Part shown: positions 8,205 to 15,244 of the stretch, piece by piece | How positions within the stretch are numbered: the stretch's first letter is position 1 | Layout of the letters: each line of letters starts with the position of its first letter | From: an uncultured virus (IMG/VR IMGVR_UViG_3300000255_000001) | Taxonomy: Duplodnaviria > Heunggongvirae > Uroviricota > Caudoviricetes | IMG/VR virus record: IMGVR_UViG_3300000255_000001 | DNA length: 20,000 nt | Strand: one strand, 5' to 3' | Notes under the pieces: model-generated | Told to the model about the DNA's origin: nothing | What the model saw: only the letters and a program-made list of their open reading frames with translations | Database searches by the model: none | Translations under genes and position numbers: made by a program

Positions 8205-8651
8205 ATGAATGAAGTATTCAACATAGACGATCATAGACGTCAATTAAGGACAGAAAAAGTCCAACAAATGCCCAAGATGATTTGGGTTAAATTCCAAAAA
8301 GAAGGCATACACAAATACCCTGCCGCTTTGGAAGACCCCGCACTAGCAACTGGTGATGAGTATGATGTATCCTTTCTTGGATATCCGCATCGCCACACAT
8401 TCCACTTTAGAGTTACTATACAAGTATTCCACGATGACAGGGATATTGAATTTATCCAGTTTAAGCGTTGGATGGAAAACTTGTATGCAGGCACATTACA
8501 ACTGGACTACAAGTCCTGTGAGATGATTGCTGATGATCTTTATATGGCTATTAACGACAAATACCCAGATAGAGAAGTATGGATCGAAGTAGGCGAAGAT
8601 GGCGAAAACGGCTGCCATTGCGTCTATCCTATAACCTTAGCCGCAGAATAA
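8205..8651 (+). CDS. QueD-paralogous T-fold protein, DpdL-like (putative 7-carboxy-7-deazaguanine decarboxylase)
   Basis: EGIH, LGYPHRHTF (LxxxHRHxF, 8376-8402), DRDIEFI, SCEMIA, EDGENG. Lacks the QueD CxxxHG motif, and a canonical queD is present separately. Confidence 0.7.
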   Translation: MNEVFNIDDHRRQLRTEKVQQMPKMIWVKFQKEGIHKYPAALEDPALATGDEYDVSFLGYPHRHTFHFRVTIQVFHDDRDIEFIQFKRWMENLYAGTLQLDYKSCEMIADDLYMAINDKYPDREVWIEVGEDGENGCHCVYPITLAAE

Positions 8652-8656
8652 TAACA

Positions 8657-8917
8657 ATGAAAGAAGCAGTTATAAAGGTCTTTGAAGATCTAGATGAATA
8701 CCGCAATTTTTGTAGGGAGTTTGGGCGGGTATTTAACGAGGCACATCTATATAAGGGAAAAACTCCTTATGATGATTTCCTTAGATGGAAAGATACGGGC
8801 AAGGCACGTCAATGGCCTGGCTATCCCTTTAACCAATATAAAAAGCGATTCGATAACAAGCGTCATGACAACAGAGAGTACAAAAAACGCGAATACCCAA
8901 ATTCACGAAATTCTTAA
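8657..8917 (+). CDS. Hypothetical phage protein (86 aa) with basic low-complexity tail
   Basis: ATG at 8657 just after the upstream stop is preferred over 8579. Sequence MKEAVIKVFEDLDEYRNFCREFGRVFNEAHLY. Confidence 0.65.
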   Translation: MKEAVIKVFEDLDEYRNFCREFGRVFNEAHLYKGKTPYDDFLRWKDTGKARQWPGYPFNQYKKRFDNKRHDNREYKKREYPNSRNS

Positions 8918-9302
8918 AGAAGTTCAAAAGGAACATCGCGTATGGGGATATTACAGAGTTCTAGGCGACTTCAACGAAGTTAAAGTAAAAGAACTAGTAG
9001 TTAGTCCTAGTATGTGTTTAAGTTTTCAAAAACATGAATATAGAAACGAATTTTGGTGCGTTAATAGTGGCGTAGCAAGGGTGATACTTAGTGAAGATTA
9101 CCCACGGGGTAGTAAAACATTAGAGCAAGATTTAATAGAAGATAATAGCACTACTGTTATATTACATGAAACTGAAACATTAGTTATACCAGCAGATACT
9201 TGGCATCAATTAATTAATCCCTCAAGACAGGAATTAAGCATTGTAGAAGTACAATATGGTGACAAATGTGACGAAGAAGATATTACAAGATTATACCAAT
9301 GA
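8865..9302 (+). CDS. Cupin, mannose-6-phosphate isomerase type II C-terminal-like
   Basis: RVWGYYRVL, VKELVVSP..CLSFQKHEYRNEFW, WHQLINP, IVEVQYG..EEDITR. Start at 8865 preferred over 8694; start uncertain. Confidence 0.8.
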   Translation: MTTESTKNANTQIHEILKEVQKEHRVWGYYRVLGDFNEVKVKELVVSPSMCLSFQKHEYRNEFWCVNSGVARVILSEDYPRGSKTLEQDLIEDNSTTVILHETETLVIPADTWHQLINPSRQELSIVEVQYGDKCDEEDITRLYQ

Positions 9303-10366
9303 ATACAATTTATATTATACCCATTGAACCTATAGATCAACGCTATACAAAACAATGGTACGATAATATTCCATCACTTCTCAATGAGAAGATAGCCGAA
9401 CACAATTTAGAATATTGTGTAGAAACTATTGATGGGGTTACTGTTGAAGATAAAACCACCAGCGGTGCGTTCCTTGACTTCGGAAAAACAAATGAGTACA
9501 AGGCTAGCCAAACCGCGCAAGTAAGTGAATTGTTTAGTAAGGGTCTCATCCTCCCCGACGACAAATTCCTTATTACTGATGCTTGGAACTTCATAGTAAC
9601 GCCCATCAAATATATGAGCGAACTGCTTGACATACCTGTAGAGATACACGGTATTTGGCATGCAGGCGCATACGATCCAACTGACATATTGGGTTTAAAG
9701 ATGTCCAAACCATGGCCACACTTACAAGAAAAAGCGTGGTATATGGCATGTGACTATAATTATTATGCAAGTAATTTCCACAAAAACATATTTTTACACA
9801 ACTTGGAAATACCTGACATATATCACAACAAGGCGATACGTAGTGGGCAACCACATAATCCTATTGTAAAACAATTACAACAGTATTATGATAACCCGAA
9901 ACAAGATACTATTATGTGGCCGCATCGTTATAACGAGGATAAACAGCCTGAAATTGTAGAAGATCTTAATTTACGTCCGTATAGTGTTTTAATTACTCAG
10001 CAGTTAGATTTAAGTAAAGAAAAATACTACGAAGAAATGGGGCGAGCAAAGGCGGTGTTTAGTTGTAGCCTACATGAGAATTTGGGTATTAGTATGATGG
10101 AAGGATGTTTAGCAGGTGCTATTCCTATCGTTCCGGACAGAGCAAGTTATAGTGAAATGTACAAGGATGTATTTAAGTATCCAAGTATATGGACTGAAAG
10201 TTATGGTAACTATCTAGAGCATAAAAAAGATTTAGAAAATTTTGTTGTGGAATTATGTGATAACTATGACATTGTGAAAAAAGAATACTTGGATGAACAA
10301 GTAGAGGTATTAACACATAATTTCTTAAGTGCCGATATTATGTTTGACAACATTCTAGACATATAA
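9299..10366 (+). CDS. GT-B fold glycosyltransferase (GT4-like)
   Basis: HRYNEDKQP (R...K) and SLHENLGISMMEGCLAGAIPIVP, matching the E-x7-E nucleotide-sugar-binding motif. 355 aa. Confidence 0.8.
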   Translation: MNTIYIIPIEPIDQRYTKQWYDNIPSLLNEKIAEHNLEYCVETIDGVTVEDKTTSGAFLDFGKTNEYKASQTAQVSELFSKGLILPDDKFLITDAWNFIVTPIKYMSELLDIPVEIHGIWHAGAYDPTDILGLKMSKPWPHLQEKAWYMACDYNYYASNFHKNIFLHNLEIPDIYHNKAIRSGQPHNPIVKQLQQYYDNPKQDTIMWPHRYNEDKQPEIVEDLNLRPYSVLITQQLDLSKEKYYEEMGRAKAVFSCSLHENLGISMMEGCLAGAIPIVPDRASYSEMYKDVFKYPSIWTESYGNYLEHKKDLENFVVELCDNYDIVKKEYLDEQVEVLTHNFLSADIMFDNILDI

Positions 10367-10426
10367 ATATTAGTAGAGTTACACAAAGGTAACTGATGTA
10401 AAACAACAACCGAGTAAGGAAGGAAA
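10362..10426 (+). promoter_or_regulatory. Possible T4-late-type promoter box and structured 5' leader of folE
   Basis: TATAAATA (10362-10369). Hairpin AGTTAC-ACAAAG-GTAACT (10377-10394). SD AAGGAAGG before ATG 10427. TTGACA at 10344-10349 lacks a well-spaced -10. Confidence 0.45.
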
Positions 10427-11107
10427 ATGAGTTATAACAAAACAAAGACTGACCCTGAGTTGGGTCAGCAAGTCCACGCACATTTATCAGCATTAGGCCT
10501 TGAAACGCCTGTCACCTCAAATCTGTATACTCTGTCAAGAACAGATAAGATTGAAGCAATTGAAAGCAGAATGCGAGAGGTTCTTGAGATTGTGGGGATG
10601 GATTTATCAGACGACAGTTTACTTGACACGCCTAAACGTGTTGCTAAAATGTATGTCAACGAAATATTTTGGGGATTACATCCAGATACATTCCCTAAAT
10701 GCACAGCAGTAGCAAACAAAATAGACTACGATGAGATGGTTGTAGAAAGGAACATACAAGTGTCTTCTTTTTGCGAGCATCATCTAGTTGCTATAGACGG
10801 TAAAGCACACGTAGGTTATATTCCAAATCAAAAAGTATTAGGTTTAAGCAAGTTAAACAGGATTGTAGAATACTTTTCTAAACGACCACAAATACAAGAA
10901 CGTTTAACAGAACAAATTTATCACGCACTCAGTTATATCTTAGATACACCAGAAGTTGCTGTGATAATTGATGCCGCTCACTTCTGTGTTAAGCATAGAG
11001 GAGTAGAGGACACAGGTTCATTTACTATTACAAGCAAACTAGGTGGGCGGTATAAAACAGATACAGCACACAGAGCAGAGTTTATGCAATTGGTACACAG
11101 AGTATGA
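10427..11107 (+). CDS. folE: GTP cyclohydrolase I
   Basis: DTPKRVAKM, CEHH, GLSKLNR, PQIQERLT, HFCVKHRG. Confidence 0.96.
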   Translation: MSYNKTKTDPELGQQVHAHLSALGLETPVTSNLYTLSRTDKIEAIESRMREVLEIVGMDLSDDSLLDTPKRVAKMYVNEIFWGLHPDTFPKCTAVANKIDYDEMVVERNIQVSSFCEHHLVAIDGKAHVGYIPNQKVLGLSKLNRIVEYFSKRPQIQERLTEQIYHALSYILDTPEVAVIIDAAHFCVKHRGVEDTGSFTITSKLGGRYKTDTAHRAEFMQLVHRV

Positions 11108-11658
11108 CTAAAATTATAGATACTGATACGCAAGATGTTAAGTCATATGTATTAGATATTTGTTATCAAATGAATACAGACAACTGGACACCTGATTATA
11201 TAGTGGGCATACCGCGAGGTGGTTTATTACCTGCGGTAATGCTAAGTCATTATCTTAATCGTCCTATGGTTATACAAGATGTTAGGTTGCGCGATAATGT
11301 ACAACAACAATCTAATCCTGAAATACCATTAGATGCACTGGAAGGCAAACAAATTCTTATCATAGATGATATAAATGACACTGGCGCAACTTTCCAATGG
11401 ATGGTAAATGATTGGGAGAACACTATAGAGCCACATTTATATGGCGAGGCAGTACATATGCCAGCGCTGGCATATGTACATATGCCAGCAGAAAACAAAG
11501 CATTGTGGCGGCGGAATATTAGATTTGCCGTATTAATTGACAATGAAGGTAGTGAGTTTAAGGATGTAAAATATTCTGCTCGTTCAATTAACAAAATAGA
11601 AGACCCATCGTGGGTTGTATTCCCATGGGAATGTTGGTGGTATTATAGGAATTGGTAA
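11104..11658 (+). CDS. Type I phosphoribosyltransferase (xanthine/guanine PRT-like)
   Basis: IVGIPRGGL, PRPP-binding loop ILIIDDINDTGAT, C-terminal WVVFPWE. Confidence 0.88.
   Translation: MTKIIDTDTQDVKSYVLDICYQMNTDNWTPDYIVGIPRGGLLPAVMLSHYLNRPMVIQDVRLRDNVQQQSNPEIPLDALEGKQILIIDDINDTGATFQWMVNDWENTIEPHLYGEAVHMPALAYVHMPAENKALWRRNIRFAVLIDNEGSEFKDVKYSARSINKIEDPSWVVFPWECWWYYRNW
11452..11489. repeat. Tandem inverted triplication (two overlapping perfect palindromes)
   Basis: GTACATATGCCAGC (11452-11465), its reverse complement (11466-11479), and the forward copy again (11476-11489). Confidence 0.9.
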
Positions 11659-11738
11659 TGAAACAAAGAACACAATACATATTAGGCATAATAGTAGTAG
11701 TAATATTATGTTTTGATTTGGCAGGATGTCAATTATGA
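11658..11738 (+). CDS. Micro-ORF (26 aa), hydrophobic, lipobox-like: MKQRTQYILGIIVVVILCFDLAGCQL
   Basis: TAATG overlap with the upstream stop and ATGA overlap with the next gene. Not in ORF track. Confidence 0.45.
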   Translation: MKQRTQYILGIIVVVILCFDLAGCQL

Positions 11739-11929
11739 TGGAATTTGGAGTGGCATTTGGTTTAGCATTGGCAGTATATACACTATGGGAATTATACCAC
11801 AGAGAAATGACGTTTGGACGTAAAATGCTATGGGCAATTGGTATGATATGTTTTATGCCCTTTGGATCAATGCTTTATTTTCTTATAGTAATACACCCAG
11901 TTTTTCATAATCATGATAGGAAAATGTAA
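11735..11929 (+). CDS. Small two-helix membrane protein (PLDc_N-like)
   Basis: Two hydrophobic segments with the RKMLW.I.....P.G..LYF pattern. Start at 11735 or 11726. Confidence 0.6.
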   Translation: MMEFGVAFGLALAVYTLWELYHREMTFGRKMLWAIGMICFMPFGSMLYFLIVIHPVFHNHDRKM

Positions 11930-12486
11930 TGGAAAATATAATTAGTGGTTTTGTATATGTAGGTAGAGAAGTATTAGAAATAGTATTCTTAACCTATTTA
12001 ATAATAGGTTCACTAACTATTACAATGCCAATAATATTATCTGCTATAGCAGGACTTATTACAGGCGTTAGTGGAGGTTATATTCTAGGTGAGATACTTG
12101 AACCGTATGAGTGGGCAACGTACGGTGTGCTCGCATTATTAATGTTGTATCTGTTTTTTAATTCGAAAAACATACAGGAACATATTAGTAAACATGTTAA
12201 AGAAGCACGGAAAGGTATTGGAGTATTTGCAGGTGCAAGTGCGATATTTATTATCTATTTCCGTGAGAGTATGGAGATTAATACATTCTTGTTTATGGAT
12301 ACAGGAGACTTTACATCTAAGTTAATTGGTGCTATAATAGCAATAGTGGTCGTAGTAATAGCAACACCAATAATAATGAAAAGAAAAATAATACAACATA
12401 ATTTATTTAATATTACAAGATATACATTTTTATTATTTGGTATTTGGTTTGCATATGAAGCGTTAGAACACGCACATATATTATAG
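11929..12486 (+). CDS. FTR1-family iron permease-like membrane protein (short form)
   Basis: Two REXXE motifs (GREVLE, FRESME) in a polytopic hydrophobic 185-aa protein. Confidence 0.72.
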   Translation: MENIISGFVYVGREVLEIVFLTYLIIGSLTITMPIILSAIAGLITGVSGGYILGEILEPYEWATYGVLALLMLYLFFNSKNIQEHISKHVKEARKGIGVFAGASAIFIIYFRESMEINTFLFMDTGDFTSKLIGAIIAIVVVVIATPIIMKRKIIQHNLFNITRYTFLLFGIWFAYEALEHAHIL

Positions 12487-12496
12487 GAGATATGTA

Positions 12497-12973
12497 ATGA
12501 GTGACGTTCCAGAGTTTACATCAACAAAGAGTTTTTATAATTTTCCATGTGCTCATAGACAACATAAGCACGACGGAAATTGTCATTTGATACACGGCTA
12601 TAGTCGTAGTTTTCATTTTGTATTTGGTGCACAGACAATGACAAAGGAAGGGTTTCTTGTCGACTATGGTGACTTGGATGGAGTAAAACAATGGTTAGAT
12701 GAAAATTATGATCATACATTTGTAGTTGATCATGATGATCCGTGGATGGAAACATTCCAAGCAATGCACGATGCAGGAGTATGTAAGTTAATTGTGCAAG
12801 AAGAAGGTCCGGGTATGGAAGGCACAGCATTCCGTATTTGTATGTGGGCAGATGAATGGTTGCGGGAACGAACAAGAGGACGAGCATGGGTTATTAGTGT
12901 AGAAGCAAGAGAAAATGACAAGAACAGTTCCATTTATACTAACCCTGACGCTGGCTTTAAAGGTTGGCTATAA
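12497..12973 (+). CDS. queD: 6-carboxy-5,6,7,8-tetrahydropterin synthase
   Basis: FPCAHRQ, CHLIHGYS, LVDYG, YDH, terminal E-N-x-x-N-S-S. SD AGGAGA upstream. Confidence 0.88.
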   Translation: MSDVPEFTSTKSFYNFPCAHRQHKHDGNCHLIHGYSRSFHFVFGAQTMTKEGFLVDYGDLDGVKQWLDENYDHTFVVDHDDPWMETFQAMHDAGVCKLIVQEEGPGMEGTAFRICMWADEWLRERTRGRAWVISVEARENDKNSSIYTNPDAGFKGWL

Positions 12974-14136
12974 TAAATTGCAATACAGGATTTCAGCCAT
13001 TAGTTGAATGTTGGCTTGGTGACTGTTATCGTCCTGACTTTTTTGATTATGTTGATAACAAAAAAGTAAAAAATATTCTTAGACAAATAACAGAAGAAAC
13101 TATAGAAGATTTAGATAACATACGTGAAATACTAGAGAATTATAATGTCACAGTTAAACGTCCAAGAATATTCGATTTTGATCATATTTACAACATATAT
13201 AAAGTCGGCGGTGCGTGTGTTGATGATGAGTTAAATGTAAATATTGATGAAGTTTTAAGATATTTCCCACGATTAATAGATAAGCAAGGGGTTCAGAATT
13301 GGCTCAATTCTTATGATATATATGCTGACCCCGGAACATTGACTCGGCCACCATTATTTCCCCGTGATGATCAAATTGTTGTAGATGATACAATGTATAA
13401 ACTTAGGTCAATTGATCGGGAGTTATATTCTAAATCATATGGAGCTGGCTGTTCTTCGGCTATATTTTATGAAAACTTATTTGAAGAAATTGAAGGATAT
13501 GACGGAGAAGTAATTAAAGAGTTTCCAATTAATATTGAAAATTGTATCAGTAACGGACCAAACATTATTAGATTAGGAGACACTATTATTTTAGATGGAT
13601 TACCTAGTCCAACATACAGATATTTTAAAGAACGATTTAAAGATTATAAAATCATAACTGCTTTCAATGATGGGCATAGTGATGGAATTTATAATCCAAT
13701 TAAACCTGGTGCTTGGATTAGCAATGGAGAAGCTTTAAATTTTAAAAAATACTTTCCAAATTGGGATGTATTTTACTTGCCTGATGCTCAATGGCCGGAT
13801 ATGTCTCCATTTTTGGAGATTAGAGAAAAAGTAAATGGAAAATGGTGGGTGCCAGGTGAAGAGCACAATGATGAATTAATTGATTTTGTGGATGCGTGGT
13901 TTTCAGAATGGGTAGGCTTTTGCGAGGAAACTGTATGGGACGTTAATGTGTTAGTGATCAACCCAGAAACTGTATTATGTATTACAGAGAACAAAGATTT
14001 GTTTAAGTGGTTTAGATCACACAATATAGAACCCATAGTAGCACCGTTTAGACATAGATTCTTTTGGGATGGTGGATTACATTGTTTAACACTAGACATA
14101 CACAGAGAAGGCGGCATAGAAAGTTATGCAAGGTAA
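12964..14136 (+). CDS. Amidinotransferase (pentein superfamily; glycine/inosamine-phosphate amidinotransferase-like)
   Basis: N-terminal FQPLVECWLG, VKRP, PRD, GHSDG, VNVLVI, C-terminal GGLHCLT (catalytic Cys). TTG start uncertain. Confidence 0.82.
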   Translation: MAIINCNTGFQPLVECWLGDCYRPDFFDYVDNKKVKNILRQITEETIEDLDNIREILENYNVTVKRPRIFDFDHIYNIYKVGGACVDDELNVNIDEVLRYFPRLIDKQGVQNWLNSYDIYADPGTLTRPPLFPRDDQIVVDDTMYKLRSIDRELYSKSYGAGCSSAIFYENLFEEIEGYDGEVIKEFPINIENCISNGPNIIRLGDTIILDGLPSPTYRYFKERFKDYKIITAFNDGHSDGIYNPIKPGAWISNGEALNFKKYFPNWDVFYLPDAQWPDMSPFLEIREKVNGKWWVPGEEHNDELIDFVDAWFSEWVGFCEETVWDVNVLVINPETVLCITENKDLFKWFRSHNIEPIVAPFRHRFFWDGGLHCLTLDIHREGGIESYAR

Positions 14137-14962
14137 TGAAAAAATGAGATTAGCTGATGAAGATTTAATTAACAGAAAAACGGACAAACTTATTGTAATA
14201 CCTTTTCATCCATGGACAGGTGCTAGATTTATTGTTAACTGCCTAGGCATGCATCCTAAAGTAATATTACCGTGCAAAGTTTTGGCGAATGCAAAAATGA
14301 ACGGAAAATTGACGCCTGAGAAAAGTTATAATTGTATTAAAGCATTGTTTTTATTAAGTATGAAAAAAAAACAACATATGGAATTTATAGATCAAAATAT
14401 TACTGGTGGATTTGATGCTAAAGATTTACGACTTGATCCTGACTTTGACTTAAAACACGTAAGGGGAGAAGTATTCGGTCATTGCGAAAAACCTGATGAT
14501 CCCAATTCCTCAATTAGATCAGAATTGAATGTGTGGTCTATGTTAACAAAGCAGGATATCTATTATTTTGCCTTAGTACACTCTATCATGAGTCATGATC
14601 CATATTTTAAATATGAAAACCATAAAACTATTTTCCTCAAAAATTATAAATGGATTTTGGATATAAGACAGAAACCCTGCGAGTATACCGAAAACTCGAA
14701 TCTTGCGCGAAAATCAAAACATTATCACGTATTCGATATGTCAAGCATTCTAGATGAATATAAGTTTAAAGATTCTATAACTATTATGTTAAGTTATTTA
14801 GACCTAGAGTCTAACAAGATGCGTTGGGACTTGCTGGAAGAACTCAGAGTATTATGGCTACAAGTATTACCAATTGGTTTTCCAGATTGGGAGAGATTGT
14901 ATGAAATCGATCTGCCATGGATGGTGCACCGTAGATCTCTACAACGCTTAAAAGGTACATAG
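14126..14962 (+). CDS. Hypothetical protein (278 aa)
   Basis: Long ORF overlapping the upstream stop. N-terminal IVIPFHPWTGARFIVNCL loosely resembles a P-loop/sulfotransferase-type strand-loop-helix. Function unsupported. Confidence 0.6.
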   Translation: MQGNEKMRLADEDLINRKTDKLIVIPFHPWTGARFIVNCLGMHPKVILPCKVLANAKMNGKLTPEKSYNCIKALFLLSMKKKQHMEFIDQNITGGFDAKDLRLDPDFDLKHVRGEVFGHCEKPDDPNSSIRSELNVWSMLTKQDIYYFALVHSIMSHDPYFKYENHKTIFLKNYKWILDIRQKPCEYTENSNLARKSKHYHVFDMSSILDEYKFKDSITIMLSYLDLESNKMRWDLLEELRVLWLQVLPIGFPDWERLYEIDLPWMVHRRSLQRLKGT

Positions 14963-14968
14963 AAAGTT

Positions 14969-15244
14969 ATGCGCGATGACTTGGAAGATATTAAAGAGCT
15001 TGCTCAAAGATGTTTAGATAACCTTAATGAGCGGCATTATTATAGGTCTCCCTATGAAGCAAATACCATTGACAATCTCAAAAATATTGTTATAATAGTA
15101 AATGAGTATCCTGAAAGAGAGAAAGAACGCGAAAAAGAACGGCTTTTAGCAAAGAGATTTATTATCGGTCCACACTACATGGTCACGCATGAAGAATGGT
15201 TAGAAGAATGGAATAAATCTAAAGGAAAGAAAAATGAAAGTTAG
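14969..15244 (+). CDS. Hypothetical protein (91 aa)
   Basis: Fills the gap and overlaps the queE start. Charged EREKEREKER segment. Confidence 0.55.
   Translation: MRDDLEDIKELAQRCLDNLNERHYYRSPYEANTIDNLKNIVIIVNEYPEREKEREKERLLAKRFIIGPHYMVTHEEWLEEWNKSKGKKNES

Noticed and set aside
8579..8864. Long N-terminal extensions of ORFs 8579-8917 and 8694-9302
   Set aside because: They overlap other genes extensively. Starts at 8657 and 8865 fit gene packing and domain boundaries better.
10375..10426. Canonical preQ1-I or THF-II riboswitch
   Set aside because: The 6-nt loop and sequence do not match the consensus as I recall it. Kept only as an unclassified candidate.
12580..12603. QueD motif CHLIHGY instead of CxxxHGH as a sign of new function
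   Set aside because: The catalytic Cys and other motifs are retained, and I recall HGY as a natural variant. Not enough to claim altered activity.
15113..15142. GAAAGAGAGAAAGAACGCGAAAAAGAACGG purine-rich repeat
   Set aside because: It only encodes a low-complexity EREKEREKER helix.
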